A stretch of DNA of 64,000 bases from contig NW_026250403.1 of the NCBI RefSeq assembly GCF_024521635.1, positions 2,170,001 to 2,234,000 of the forward strand. Reading direction: 5' to 3'. Shown in pieces: positions 50,521 to 63,504 of the stretch. The DNA is from Tricharina praecox (Eukaryota). Each line of letters opens with the position of its first letter. The stretch's first letter is position 1. The notes beneath the pieces were generated by a model that saw only the letters and a program-made list of their open reading frames with translations, had not been told where the DNA came from and did not search any database. The translations under genes were made by a program, and so were the position numbers.

Positions 50521-50953
50521 GTTCTCCACGATTCACGGACAAGGCTGGCTGCCAGCATGCTGATAGTTTCTGGCTATTCTTCCTAAACCATGTTCGGATG
50601 GTGTGGTGGGGTGCGAGGCTGTCTGTGACCACGATTGTTCGTCCTGTGATATCTCGTGAATGGGTTGGTAGGTACCTAGTTGGCATCTTAGCAGTTCGTA
50701 CATAGATGGTTTAACTTATGGAGAGAGAGAGAACATCAACCAATTTTCGTATGCGGCCTTGATACTAGACTATGGCGACCACAAACTCGATCTTTCCTGC
50801 CAGCTCCATGGGGGCAGAGAGAAAGCTCTTCCTACCGCCGCGGCCCATTGCTGCGCCGCTGGGTTCAACTTATGAGTTTTTGTTCTTTTTTGTTCGTTCA
50901 TTGATTGCATGCGACCTATCTAGATCATGACAATATTTACCCGTGCACTTGAT

Positions 50954-52168
50954 TCTGTGGATTGCCGCCAAATCTGCCACTCGAGTTGAATGGTCTTATA
51001 CTTATGTTGGACCTTGCTACTTTCTCAATCCATCGGTCAACCTACGCAGTCGGAAACAGACGAGCGAGCAATGCTGGTTTCTATCGGCCCCATAACTACC
51101 ACCAGGCATGATGTGCTTTCCTCGCACGGAGCCTATGTAGTAATGGACCACAAAAAACCTCGCCTCCTCGCATTGCAGCCAGGAAGGTGATGTTTTTTTA
51201 GAGGAAATCCGAAGGGAAAAAACCTCAACCACGTAAGGGGCGTTATGTCAGTCCGCTGTGCTCTTGCCACTGCTATGTGTTTGCTCTTTACTCTTGCCAC
51301 TGCTGTTGTGCTTTGCTCATGCCTGTGCTTGAAGAGAGAAGATGATAGGAGAGGGGGGAGAAGGGGTTTTATAGCTATCGCGGCCGGGTGGCTTGGAACT
51401 TCGTGGGTCTTGCCTTTTGAAGGGCCGTTCTGCTGGCTAGTGACGGTTTCTTTCCACCTTTTGAAGGATAACGCTAGGGCTTCTTCTTCTTCCGCGCACA
51501 TTCTGATTACCTTCCTTCCTTCCCTTCCTCTTTCTCTTCCTCACTACCAACACCAACACCAACACCAACACCAACACCACCAAGTAATATTCTTTCCACA
51601 AAAAAAGGAACCATCCGACCAGCACCAGGACGCTACTACAGTCTACCAGCGCGGATCGGACAGACGTACACCAACAATCGACCACACGTCACATCTTTGT
51701 TTTTCAATACCTTGACTGTGACGACGTGGGCTGACGCAAACCTACAGTGGGAACCTGGGGACCAACTGGACCACAACAACGCGGCGGATACCAATGGACC
51801 AGCCGGATTCCGGGAATATTGTGGGGAGGAAGTGCGGACGTAATGCAGGCTGCACAGAAGACAACAAATGGGATCACGTACCCGGCGGCCTCACGACGGA
51901 CGGATCAACAAACCAGCAGACAACTCGACTATCCGGCGGACACCAATCAACCAACCGAACCCACGAAGATCAATGGACGTATATCAAAATGCATCCTTCC
52001 ACCACACCTCTGTGTTCAATACTTTGGTTGTGGTGCAAGCGAGCGTATACACATTGCAGACATGCCTTAATAATTCATTCGGGGGAGCGTACCTATGTAG
52101 TATGTAGTAGGATAGTGAATAGAAACTATTCGGCCAATGTGGCTGGTCACAAACCAATCAGGTTGTGC
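50954..52168 (+). mobile_element. Dispersed repeat of about 1.2 kb, copy B (inverted relative to copy A)
   Basis: Begins TCTGTGGATTGCCGCCAAATCTGCC and ends GGCTGGTCACAAACCAATCAGGTTGTGC, matching the reverse complement of 22455-23649. Confidence 0.85.
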
Positions 52169-52296
52169 TGATGCAGCTACTGCCCATGGACTGGAACTTC
52201 AAACTTATGGTGTGCAACTTGGACCGCCGTGGACAACATGGAACGAGTGATCGTTCGCGAGTGATTGTTTTGGTTTTGCCGAAACAACCACATATC

Positions 52297-52702
52297 CAGT
52301 GTTCTACAAACCTAGTCCGGTCCAGTCCGTCCGGGCCCATGGACGGGACTGGACTACATACATCCGGCCCGTCCGGAGGTGTGTGTTGGATGGTCCAGTC
52401 CGCTAGTACATTCGGATGGGATGGGATGGACTGCAGTCTTCAGATGCCACCGCGCCGGGGTTGCTGATACTTGACGAAATTCCACACACGATAACTAGTG
52501 GGAAACGTTTTACTGTCATATTTGGTATCATACCTAGGGGAAGTACTGAAAAGAGGAGCATTTTTGTCACTGCCAGACTGCAGTCCAACGGTCCAACCCC
52601 GTCCAGCAAAATGGCGGTCAGGACGGGCTACTTTTATCCCGTCCCACAAAAGGAACCGACGGGACTGGTCCTGTTCGGTACGGACCAGACTAGAGAACAC
52701 TG
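52297..52702. mobile_element. Degenerate MITE-like element (about 400 bp)
   Basis: Inverted ends CAGTGTTCT..CTAGTCCGGTCC and GGACCAGACTAG AGAACACTG, with clustered GGAC/GTCC motifs near both ends. No TSD recognisable. Confidence 0.45.
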
Positions 52703-52895
52703 CGTGACATAGCCCAAGCCCAAGCCTATGCACATTGGAGTAGTATTCTACGCGGTTGAAGGTTGTGCACCCATTCGTCAACCACATCACATCGTAACAT
52801 ATCCACCAAGAGTATCAACCACGTCACCACATATTCCGAGCGTAAAAAAGTGCCCTCCATCCAACCCAGAAGGGAACAAAGACAAAAGAGAATAT

Positions 52896-52984
52896 TGATC
52901 GCAGCAAGGATTGAACTTGCGGCCTTCTCGGTTTTGATTTACATTCCTGTAAACGAGATGTGATAACCACTACACCATGCGACC
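52896..52984 (-). tRNA. tRNA-Val(TAC) with intron (52932-52947)
   Basis: Exons are the exact reverse complement of the 20449 tRNA exons; the 16-nt intron is different. Confidence 0.93.
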
Positions 52985-53830
52985 AGATGAACATCAAATT
53001 GTACTATTATAACTTTATGATCATTCGTTAAAGCGCCGACATTTCTATGTAGTCTGGTGACGACACTTCTTCCTCGGGCCGCCTCAAGGACGTGAAACGG
53101 ATTGTCTGGTAGGTAGGCCGTAACTACTGTAACTACTAGTAGTGCGGTGGTATGCATACCTTCTTCAGCTAAAATCGTCTTCACTGTCAGACTTGTCACT
53201 TGGTGATGGTGTCCGTGAGCGTCGCTCTCTACATGCTTAGTAGCGGCTGTGCGGCAGCCATTCGGCTCTTGAAAGATAAACACCGAAGTACCGACTTTGG
53301 CATTTTCTATACCCAGGGTATCCAGCAACCTCCCTTCCCTCCCTCCCGTCTTTCTTTTTTTTATATACCGAGCCCTCCCACCGGCACACACCGGCACACA
53401 CTGGCATATAGTAAGTAAGGTCATATCATACATCAAACCAGGCGTGCCTTGCATGCTGCATCCTCACACTGTATCACTCGGCCCGCATCCCCGCCCCCGC
53501 CTTGTAAACGCGTATTCCATCCCGCATATGCTCACCGGCTTCGGCCCGACCGACAACGAAAGGGCTGATCTGATCTGATCGTCATCATGCATGCAGCCAG
53601 GCGCGGGGCAGAGCTGCAGAGCTGCAGCTGGCCTAACTGTCCAACACACCACTGCGTAGAGTACATAGGTGGACTACCAAAGGTGCTGGTTAACCCCGCA
53701 CTCCCCGCAGTGCTGGGCGAGGTGGAGATATAAACCCCGAACCCCCTCAATTCCCGCCCTCAATTCCCGCCCCTCAACCGCCCCCGCCCCCCGCCCCGCC
53801 CAAGCAGCAAACACTAAAGCAAAACCAAAT

Positions 53831-54779
53831 ATGTGGTCCCCCCCCTCCCGCCGCGCCAGCGAGATCGTCCTGCCCACCGCCTCCGGCGCACCACCACCGT
53901 CGCAGTCAAACGAGTACATCAATTCGCTCTACAGTCTCGCGGGCAAGACGGCGGTCGTGACCGGCGGCACCCGCGGGATCGGCGCGGGAATCGCCGTAGC
54001 TCTGTAATCCCCCCCCCCTTCCTCCCCCGTCCCCCTCCCCGCGTGTGTGCATGGGCTGACCTCCGCCCAGCGCCTCCGCCGGCGCGAACATAATCCTCCC
54101 GATCCGCACGCCGCACAGCGGCGCCACGACCATATCCCGCATCGAGTCATTGGGGCGGCGGTGCCGGACCTTCCCGTGCGACCTCGGCAACACACCGGAG
54201 GTATCCACGTTAATCTCACGTATCACCAGTGCAGGCGAGCGCATCGACATCCTCGTGAACTGCGCGGGGTGGCACGTCCGCAAGCCGGCAGAGACGTACA
54301 GCGACGCGGAGCTGGAGGGGATCTGGCGGGTCAATCTCGGGGCGATGTTTATCCTGTGCCGTGACGTGGCGGCGCACTGGTTCGCTGAGGACCTGCAGGG
54401 CTGGGGGAATGCCAGTGGGGTCCCGAGAAAGAAGATCATTAATACTGCCAGCGTGCTGAGTTTTACCGGCGGGACGGGCCTCGCGGCCTACACCGCGACG
54501 AAGGGTGGCATCGCACAGGTCACGAAAACGTTCAGTAATGAGTGGGCCGCAAGGGGGATCAATGTCAACGCCATCGCGCCGGGGTATATCCGCACGGACT
54601 TGACGCGGGATCTGCAGGAGGACGCGGAGAAGAATGCGGAGGTGATGCGGCGGACGCCGGTGGGCCGCTGGGGCGAGACGGCGGATCTGGCGGGGCTCGT
54701 GGTCTTCCTTGCGAGTGGCGCGAGCGATTTTATGGCTGGCGCGGTCGTCCCCGTCGATGGTGGGTACACCGCGAGGTAG
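53831..54779 (+). CDS. Short-chain dehydrogenase/reductase, 2-deoxy-D-gluconate 3-dehydrogenase (KduD)-like (exons 53831-54003, 54071-54779)
   Basis: TGGTRGIG cofactor motif, IDILVNCAG, KIINTAS, catalytic YTATK, VNAIAPGYIRT, GRWG, VDGG. Intron GTAATC 54004..CAG 54070 with GCTGAC branch site. Confidence 0.92.
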
Positions 54780-55827
54780 TTTTGGTGTTGTAATGCAGAG
54801 AGAGGTCCGCTTGGAATTTCCCCGTTGCCAGATGATACACCGAGTGATAAACCATGCCCAAGTCCCTCGCACCCGCACCCGCACCCGCTCCGCTCCGATC
54901 GCGATCTTCCGATTAAACCGCATGGATCAACCAATCAATCGGGCCGCCGGGCGTCTGTATCCATCCATCCCATCCCACTTCAGCCGCTGCACCCGCGCGT
55001 CTCGTGACAACCCCACGCCAGACAGCCAGCCCTACGAGGGGCACAGTCCGGTTCATAATTCGGCACTCTCTCTCATGCGAATCTCATGCGAAATCTCATG
55101 CGAAAAGTAAATTCCCATGGTAGAAATAGAATGCGGATTTTGCATTTCTTAGAGTAGAATAGATGAGAAAAAGCGTCGAACAACGCAGAGAAAAAAGAGA
55201 ACGTCATCGCCGGGAGCAACACCAAAAGCCACAGAAAAAAAAAAGAAAAAAAACACATCTATGCCACGCAGACAGCCAGACAGTTCAAATGTGCAAAGCA
55301 TTAGGAATCCTGCTGGTTAGTCCCATCACATTTCTTATCTTTGCACATGGGGTTTCAACTGTTTAAGTAACCATCACACATCCCTTCATCCCAGGCACCC
55401 CACGTAACTCAACCCCACATACACCACGTCATAACCCTTGAAAAACGTAAAAGAAAAAAGCCCTGGAACGAGATCGAGAACGAGGAATTCAAAAATAAAA
55501 GTAACGACACACAGAAATATCAACCAAACAGATATGCAATGTTCAAGTTGCACGCCAAAGACGCCCTAGTAGAACAAAACGACCACCCCGCGCACACTCC
55601 CCAGGAACGAGCAAATACGCACAACAGGCCGGGAACAAAAAAAAAAGATAAGGAAACCGGAAAGATGGAGGTCTCTGAAAAAAGACATGGCAGAGAGCCG
55701 AGTGGTAAAGCGGACACTGCAAAAGATATCAAAAGGTAGAGATATTTAATATTTATGGACGCAGTAGTAGATGATGAGTGGTAAGTAGCTGGTGGGGGGT
55801 AGGTTGGTAGGTGGCACGTAACGTAAG

Positions 55828-57626
55828 CTAGTAACTCTGAGCGGACATGTGTGCAGGCTGTTGACCGGTTAGGAGACGTGCTTGTATGGAGTCGGGTTTT
55901 GGACTTACAGGGCTTTGGTGCATCATCGAAGATCGCCTATTACGGCTCTTCTTCATCTGCTGCTTCAATGCGGTCGAGTCCAACGGCTTCAACAGCTCGA
56001 AGCTACACAGTAATTCGCCCGACACACTCATGACAGCGCCCCAATTGTCGAATTCTCCGCAGTACTGTGGACGATCGTCAGCAAACTCTTTCCCGGGTTG
56101 GAATGGGGGGAAACTCATACGTTTGGTGCGGAGAAGACGGTAACCAATGTGCGCTCATTGAAGAACTCGTATCCGTCCTCGACCACCATGTGTGCCCTGC
56201 ACACCAAGTCGAAATCGTGCTTCGCCAAGAAGTCGACGATGACTTTCTTGCCGAAGCAGTACGACACACCCCGCTCATTCTCCTCCCAGTCGCCAGTCAT
56301 GTCCGCAGGGTCGGACCAGAGCAGGTCGTTGAGCAGTCCATAGTCCGGCACATCGGTGGGTCTCGCGATCTGGCGAATGTCATCCATGTGCTGGAGACTG
56401 GGAGACAGGCCGCCGTGCACGCAGAAGATCTTTCCAGCGACGATAGACGCAATGGGCAGTGTGTTGAACGTGTCGACGAAAGTTTTCCAGATCTTGATGT
56501 TGCATCGTCGCTTGCACTCGTCGTAGAAGCCGTACACTAGCAACGTCAACGTCAGCGAAGAGTCGGGCTGAGACAATAAGAATTAAAACATACCTCTGGT
56601 GACATTGGCGCACTCATGGTTCCCTCGCAGCAAAAAGAAGTTCTCCGGAAATTTAAGCTTGTAGCATAGCAACAAGAGTATCGTCTCCAGACTCTGCTTG
56701 CCTCGGTCGACGTAATCTCCCAGGAAGAGATAGTTCGAGTTTGGAGGGAAGCCGCACATCTCAAACATGCGGATGAGATCGGTGTACTGGCCATGCACGT
56801 CACCGACGATCTTGACCGGAGCACTCAATTCGATCAATGCAGGCTGAGAGAGAAACACCTCCCTCGCCGCCGCGCAGATCGCCTGGATCTCAGCATTCTT
56901 GAGACACACCGCCTTGGTGACCTTTCCTGCATATCCGGCATCGAGCAGCCGCGTGATCATGTCGTCCAAGTCAATCGATTTCAACGCTGACATCTGCATT
57001 GGATCCCCGCCAGGCGTCGCCGGCGCGCTGCCGTCAGCCACGAGGTTTACCGGGTTCGGAGCACCAGGTCGTTTGATCAAGATGGGTTCCTTCGGCATCT
57101 GTGAGGAGGGGGGCTGGACACCGCCAGCTCCTGGCGGCGCGTCCGAGACTTGGTCCACCTCCCGGTTGTTGCCGTTGTCCAGCGCGTGGTGACCTTTACC
57201 GATGGATCCGCTCACGACGGGAGACGGCGGTGGGATGAGGGAATTTTCGGAGTCGAAGGGAGTACCGACAGCAGTCGATGACTCAGAGACAATCTGTCTA
57301 CCCTCCCCCGTCCCGGTATTTATCGATGGTAAAGATCCCGAACCCCTACGCGGTCGTCCGCTCGGAAGTGCATCTTCGTCCTTCTTATCAGCTCCCGCAA
57401 GGAATGACGCCACATTTCCCTCGCCGGCATCGTCATTGTTGTTCTTTTCCCGCCTGTCTTTGATCTTGTTGCGAATAGATCCTCTCAGCGACCTGGACGA
57501 TCCTTGAGTATCCGACTTGATGATTGGTAAGGTGCCACTACCCTCCCCGCTCAACGAGCCCACGGAACCTCGAGCCGAGAGTTGTCCGCTCTCGCTGCCA
57601 GATCTTTTGGACGGCTGCTGTCCCAT
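55828..57626 (-). CDS. ppzA: Ser/Thr protein phosphatase PP-Z (PP1-like, fungal-specific) (exons 57626-56594, 56536-56121, 56064-55909, 55857-55828)
   Basis: PPP motifs GDVHGQ, GDYVDRG, RGNHE, HGG and SAPNY. Myristoylation-type start MGQQPSK, long Ser/Gly-rich N-terminal extension, C-terminal [12 protein letters not shown] typical of PPZ. Canonical introns join the pieces in frame. Confidence 0.93.
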
Positions 57627-59195
57627 TCTCGAACTGACGGATTAGGTTTACGTGATGGTGTTGTACCGGACGGTTGTGGAGGAGTGGTAGGTGGGGAAGG
57701 AGAGGGAGAAGGGGAGAAGGAGGAGGAGGGTGTGAAACGATGGCCTGCTTAAAATCCCCAAGCATGCAATGAGACGATGGGCAGGCGAGAATACTTTTTA
57801 AGTGTATCGGCTGAACAATCCTTGGTGGCAAGCTCTGGTTGGCGCCCCAAGGGTGAGCAGTAGGTAGACGGGCTAGCGCAACAAGGGGGCGGTCGATGTA
57901 GTGCTGGGGGGGAGGGGGGGTGTGTGTGTGAAGGAGTCTGAGAACCCAGTCTAGAGGGAAAGCTGTTCGTGGCAGTATTTAGGAAGATGGAAGCGGGAGG
58001 GAGAAGTAGGAGTCGTTATGGCGGTTCAAAGAGCGAATTTAGGAAAAGGAGAAATTGGCTCTCGTGAACAGGCGACGTTTTGGAAGCCACGCCGTGATGA
58101 CCGCCGGTGGATCTGCGAGGAAAGGGCGGTAGCTGTGCGTTAGGAGGGAGAAGGTTCGTGTGTTCGGCCGTATTGAGCAGCCGTCGCGGTCGTAGGAGCG
58201 GTATCGAGTCGTAAGACAAGACGGGGGGTGGGGGTAGGTGAGAGGGGGGTTCGGTGAGGAGGTGGGTAGCGGAAGTGGTAGTAGGTGATTGTGGTGGGAG
58301 TGGTGGTAGAGGTGGAGGTTGTGGTTGTTGGAGATGGAGGGATGCAGTGGTAGTTGTGTTGTATTGTTGGGGTGCGACTTTCTCTTTGCTCTCTCACGCT
58401 TTTGGTACCGGGCCAGGGAAGGCAAGGAAGGTGATTTAAAGCGGAGTGGTAGTTATCGTGGGAGGTGTTGGCTTGGGCTTATGGTTCGGCCTATCTACAA
58501 TCGCGAACAGGCAAGTCAGTTTTTTTCTTTCTTTGTCGGAGATCAATGACAAGTCGCAGCATAGGTGAGTTTTTATGTTCCTGAAGGGAAATATTCACGG
58601 CAAGCTTTTTTTAATTCCTTGATTCCTCGACTGTGGCGTCTGTCGGTTAGACTGGGGGGTGGAGTGAGAATGGGGAGGGGGAGTAGGCAGCGGAGTTGTG
58701 ATTGGCAGTGATTGGAGTGATGGTGGAGGTGGTGATGGTGATGTTGCACACTGAGCTTTGTGTTGCTGCTGTTGCTGGGAAAGGGAACGTGTTGTTGGAG
58801 GGTTTGGAAGAGGAAGGAAGGAAAGCTTGTAAGGAAGAAGAGGCACGGGCACAGAGACAGAGACAGACAGACGAGACGGATCCAATCCAGCACCAAGACA
58901 TTCGCTCGGGAACCCACGTACCGGGGTGTGTCTCTCCGGGTAGGTAGAGTAGAATACAGTAGACAAGTCTTTCGTTCACCTGACGATGCGCGGGAAGGGG
59001 GGGTGGAGCAGCAGAGTGACGACGTTCGTGGGTTGCTGGTGGCGGCAGATGGTTATTGGACGCCGTTGCAGTTCGCTTCGATCCAGCTCGCTCGGGTCAA
59101 CAGGCTAAAGGTCGCCGTCGTCAAGCAGGCGGAGTATGTATGTAAGTTCGTGGGATGAGAGTTGTGTATGACGCCTCCGCAGTGGTGGGAGGGGA

Positions 59196-59276
59196 GAGGA
59201 GGAGGAGGAGGAGGGAGGAGGAGGAGGAGGCGGAGGAGGAGGAGGCGGAGGAGGAGGAGGAGGAGGAGGAGGAGGG
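59196..59276 (+). repeat. Imperfect (GAG)n microsatellite
   Basis: Long GAG/GCG triplet run in the intergenic region upstream of the phosphatase gene. Confidence 0.9.
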
Positions 59277-61879
59277 GAAGATAGAAAGGTGGGGGAGGAG
59301 AAGCGGGGAGCGGGGAGGAATAAGGTTGGGAAGGGGGGGAGGGAGATGGAGAAGGAGGGAGTATGGGTTGTCGGGAAGTGAGGAAGGAGGAAGAAGGGGA
59401 CTTGCCAGGGCGACAGGTCCAAGTCAAGTTTCGGGGCGAGTGTTCTGGTGTTCTCTACTAGAGTTGCCGTGCCATTCATTCCTTTCGGCCAATCGATAGT
59501 CGCCCAGCCAGCCCAGCCAGCCCAGCCAGCCACCAACGCAAGCAGCACCGAGCTATGATACATAAACCCATCTTGATATCCCCTCCCCCACCACCCACCA
59601 TCTCCTCCACCACCACGACCATCACTACCACCACAATCAACTAGCGAACCATGATGTCGCCACCACAGGAAACAACCCCTGGAAGTGCCAGCGTCGGACA
59701 GGAGAGCGAGCCTGCACTCGTCCCCGCTCTCGCTGGACCACCTCACGCTCCGTAGCCTTGTGGCGAACATACCCAGACCCCCACGCATATGTAAACACTC
59801 TGCCCGCACTTCTTCCGGAGCCCTCACCGAGCCTTGTAGACCCCCCTCTTGGGCTCCTCCTCCTCCTCCTCCTCCTACCAAACATTCGAGTCACCGCCGC
59901 CGCCGCGTTGGCGCATCTCGACGTCCCATATGATTCGCCTCATTCGTTTCTCGGCATGCATCCGCCGTCTCAACTGCGAAGCAGAACAGTCTGAAATAAG
60001 TATCCTAACGGTCCGCGTTTCGGGAAGGAACGGTTATTCTAATCTGGTTGGGCGACGGAGCGAGATCACCCACCCACACCACCACCCACAGTGCACACAC
60101 ACACCAGAGGCAGGCAGGCAGGCAGAGAGCCAACGGGGAAGCTGCGTGTGTGCGTGGGCTGGGCGTGTGCGTGTGCTGTGTGCGTGTGTGCGTGTGCGGT
60201 GCGTGGTGCTTGGTGGTGGTGCTTCCAGGCTTCTCGATCTATCTTATCCACTCTAACTACAGCTATCGTCTATGGTCTACCTACCTTACCTAGCTGCCGC
60301 CCATCGAAGAAGCGTGCATATCTATCACGGAACGGAATCGGAATCGGAATCGGAGCCGGAAACGGATCCGGAAACGGTACCGGAAGCGGACGAGTTCTCT
60401 GCGCTTCGCTACTCTAGATTGCTCGCTGGAAATAATAATAATATATACATGGCTCGCCGTTCTTTCGTCTGTGGTCGGTCGACTGCGTTGTCGGCGGTCG
60501 CGGCTCAAAATCCCTAGGTGCGGGGCAGAGTATGCACCAAAAGTGCTCTGTGCACATATTCTTCGACTCCAGGGCTAGGGATTCCTCACGAACACGCAAC
60601 TTGACGCTCTGCTGTGTACTCTACAGACTCTGTGCTTTTCGCCTGAATCCTGGACCTGTGGGGATATTAGCTCCCTGCGGAGCGGGGTATTGAACGGGTA
60701 TGTACGTCCGCGGGGTGTAGACGAGCAGTCAAACTCTAGAGTCAAAAAAAACGAGAAGGCCGAGTGATATCTGCAACAAGCCAGCCAACCCAACGGAGTT
60801 TGCGCGGCTCCGAGGGTTACATACGGTACATACCATCCATCCATGCTGGGGACCTGGGGCCAATACCCGGTCCTTTCGTCCCGTCCTACCCGAGGGAGGG
60901 AGGCCAGGATTCATACATACGGTACATGTGTAGCAAACTCATCATGCCATCCCATCTAACATCTCCAGCGGACCCATGCGGCATCTGCCATCGATATTCA
61001 GAGACTGTGTCTTTTCCATGCATCCATCCCCGAGGAGCAGCAGCTGCTCGCCCTTAAATAGTTCGCCGCATCCCGCTAACTCGCATCAGCACTACTGCAC
61101 CCCGCACCTGCGAGCGAGCTCCCATCTCTTCTCCTGCTTCCCCGTGCCGGTCTTCGTTTCCTTCGTGGACGGAGGTACGTACATACATGTCATACATAGT
61201 GTTGCCTGTGGTATGTAGAGTAGAGTACCTAGCCTCCGGACGACATCCTGGACGGAGGACGATACACATATGAATGCAATGGGGAGCGGGGGGATTGTTT
61301 GGCCGGCAATGTACAGGCAAGCCTCTGGAGTCTGGCTCCGTCGGTAGCGATAGCGGATGGCGGGCTGCAACGGTACCAGGACCGGTGGCTCTTTGGCTGT
61401 TGATGTTGGTACATATCATAGGTATTCGGTCGCAGTGAAGTGACGATCCGGAACTCGCGGGACTGTATGGTGCGCTGAATGAAACCCTTCACTGTGAACG
61501 GGTTTTCCACGTAACCAGTACTGGAGGGCCGTGAGGGCTTAGTGAGGCACAATGGCGCGTCGCGAGTGCTCTTGTGCTTGGAATTCAACAGGCAAAGTCG
61601 TTAGTTAGTCGGTCAGTTGCGCAACTAAGCCAAGCCGTGAGCATCGGACACGACACGCCAAACCCCTCCAAATCACATGTGCAAGCCCAGCCCAGGGTTA
61701 GGTAGAGTGCCACCCCACCCTCCCGCCTTGGCGTACGCACCTCCGTCCCTCCACCTCCCTTCACCTGTCTCCACCTCTCACCAGCATCTCCAACCTCTCT
61801 GCAGCACCCCTCCACCACCCCCCACCTACACCCCACAACCCACAACCCAACCCACAACAACAACAACAACACCACAGCA

Positions 61880-62335
61880 ATGGAAGACAACTCACCCTTC
61901 CCCTACCTGCAATCCCACATCAACGGCACCCTCCGCGTAACAACCACCGACAACCGCTTCTTCATCGGCGAGCTGAAGTGCACCGACCGGGTGCGCTCTT
62001 TCCTCCCTCCCCATCCTCCGCGCCCCCCTACCCCACCCCCTCCTCCCCGCCCCACCAGCGCCCTCAAGCACCAGCTAACAACCCCCCAGGACCGGAACCT
62101 AATCCTGCACATGACGAACGAGTTTCGCACACCCACTGCGCCCACAACCACTTCCGCCTCCCCTTCCACCGTCAGCGGCAGCAGCAGCAGCACGGCGGAA
62201 CTAAAGAGCCGGTACATCGGCCTGGTGGTGATACCTGGACATGTCATTGTCAAGATTGAGCGCGAAGTTGAGGGTGACCGCGATGGCAGGAGGAGGCTGG
62301 CTGCGCTGGGGATTGGGAGGGGTGGGTGGTGTTAG
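61880..62335 (+). CDS. MAK31: LSM-domain protein, Mak31/Naa38-like NatC auxiliary subunit (exons 61880-61990, 62090-62335)
   Basis: Sm1 motif LRVTTTDNRFFIGELKCTDR|DRNLIL and Sm2 motif RYIGLVVIPGHVIVKIE. 99-nt intron GTGCGC..GCTAAC..CAG. Confidence 0.8.
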   Translation: MEDNSPFPYLQSHINGTLRVTTTDNRFFIGELKCTDRVRSFLPPHPPRPPTPPPPPRPTSALKHQLTTPQDRNLILHMTNEFRTPTAPTTTSASPSTVSGSSSSTAELKSRYIGLVVIPGHVIVKIEREVEGDRDGRRRLAALGIGRGGWC

Positions 62336-63504
62336 CGACGTGGCTTCATACGGGGCTACGGAGGTGGTTACGGGGTTGGATAGACACGGGCTTGAGAGGC
62401 TCGGGAGTGGATGCTGCAGCGGGTGGTATGGATGTGCACCATACCTACTCTACATACAGACGTGACGACCGTGACGGCGATGGTAGTTACTCTACATACC
62501 GGTACCGGGGGCTTGCACTCCGACTGTACACTGGCGCGGGCGCGCCAGCGGGTGGCTGTGTGCCGTTATCGGTTCCGCATGCAAACGGACTTTAATTCTA
62601 CGATCTACGATCCACGGACCATAACTTCCTTCGGTATTCGGTGTTCGGTGTTCGGGCGAATGTACGGTATGTACATGCAAGAGATGTAGAGATGTAGAGA
62701 CGGGGCGCGGATCGTCACGTGGGATCACTCGCGGGAGGACGGAATCGAAACGAAGTACCTACAGTGCTGGACACGGCAGAGAACTGCAGGTTTGTGGTTG
62801 CCATACCTAGTCAGACAGGCCATATGTGACAGAATCGATGCTCTCTCTATCTCTCGCTGCAGAGAATCATACGGGCCAGTACATACCTCCAATGGCGAAG
62901 AGCCACCCGCCGGAAGCCCGACGCCCGGTGCGAATGGCATCGCTCCAAGACCCAAACCCAGACCCGGACCCAAACGCGGGAGCACCCGCTCAAGTACTAC
63001 CCCAAGTGTACGAGCCAGGAAAAGATCCTATGGGCAAAGCCGCAGAGGTTCGGAAGGAGCAGTCGAGGAGCTTCCGGAGCTGAGCAGGCGTTTCCACTGT
63101 CCACTATCCAGCGGGATTCCGTGTATGTACATATGTGCACCGTGTCGAGCGGTGACGATACTTGTATAGTATAATAGCTTAAAATCGTTCTTTCGTTTTG
63201 GTAGAAGTAAGTATGTAGGCTGTGGCGCCGCAATGAATCGGAACTTTACGGTAGGTAGCTGGGTCTCCACCGAGACTGGGCAGGATAATCCCCCGCTGCA
63301 GAGAACAGTCCTATAGTAGAGATATGAAGCCACCCTCTCCCCGCATGCATTCGATTAACTATATCCAACCCTCCAACCTCCCCTCACCTGTGCGATGCGA
63401 TGCAACAGAACCAATCACCAAAGCAGACAACAAGTAAACAAGAACGCCTCCCAAATTCCAATCCACACCACTATGTACATGATATGCTAGAATTACATAC
63501 CACC

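Noticed and set aside
53906-54934. Minus-strand ORFs of 148-235 aa
   Set aside because: Antisense shadows of the GC-rich SDR gene.
59053-59881. Poly-Pro, poly-Glu and poly-Leu ORFs
   Set aside because: Translations of (GAG)n and purine tracts in an intergenic region.
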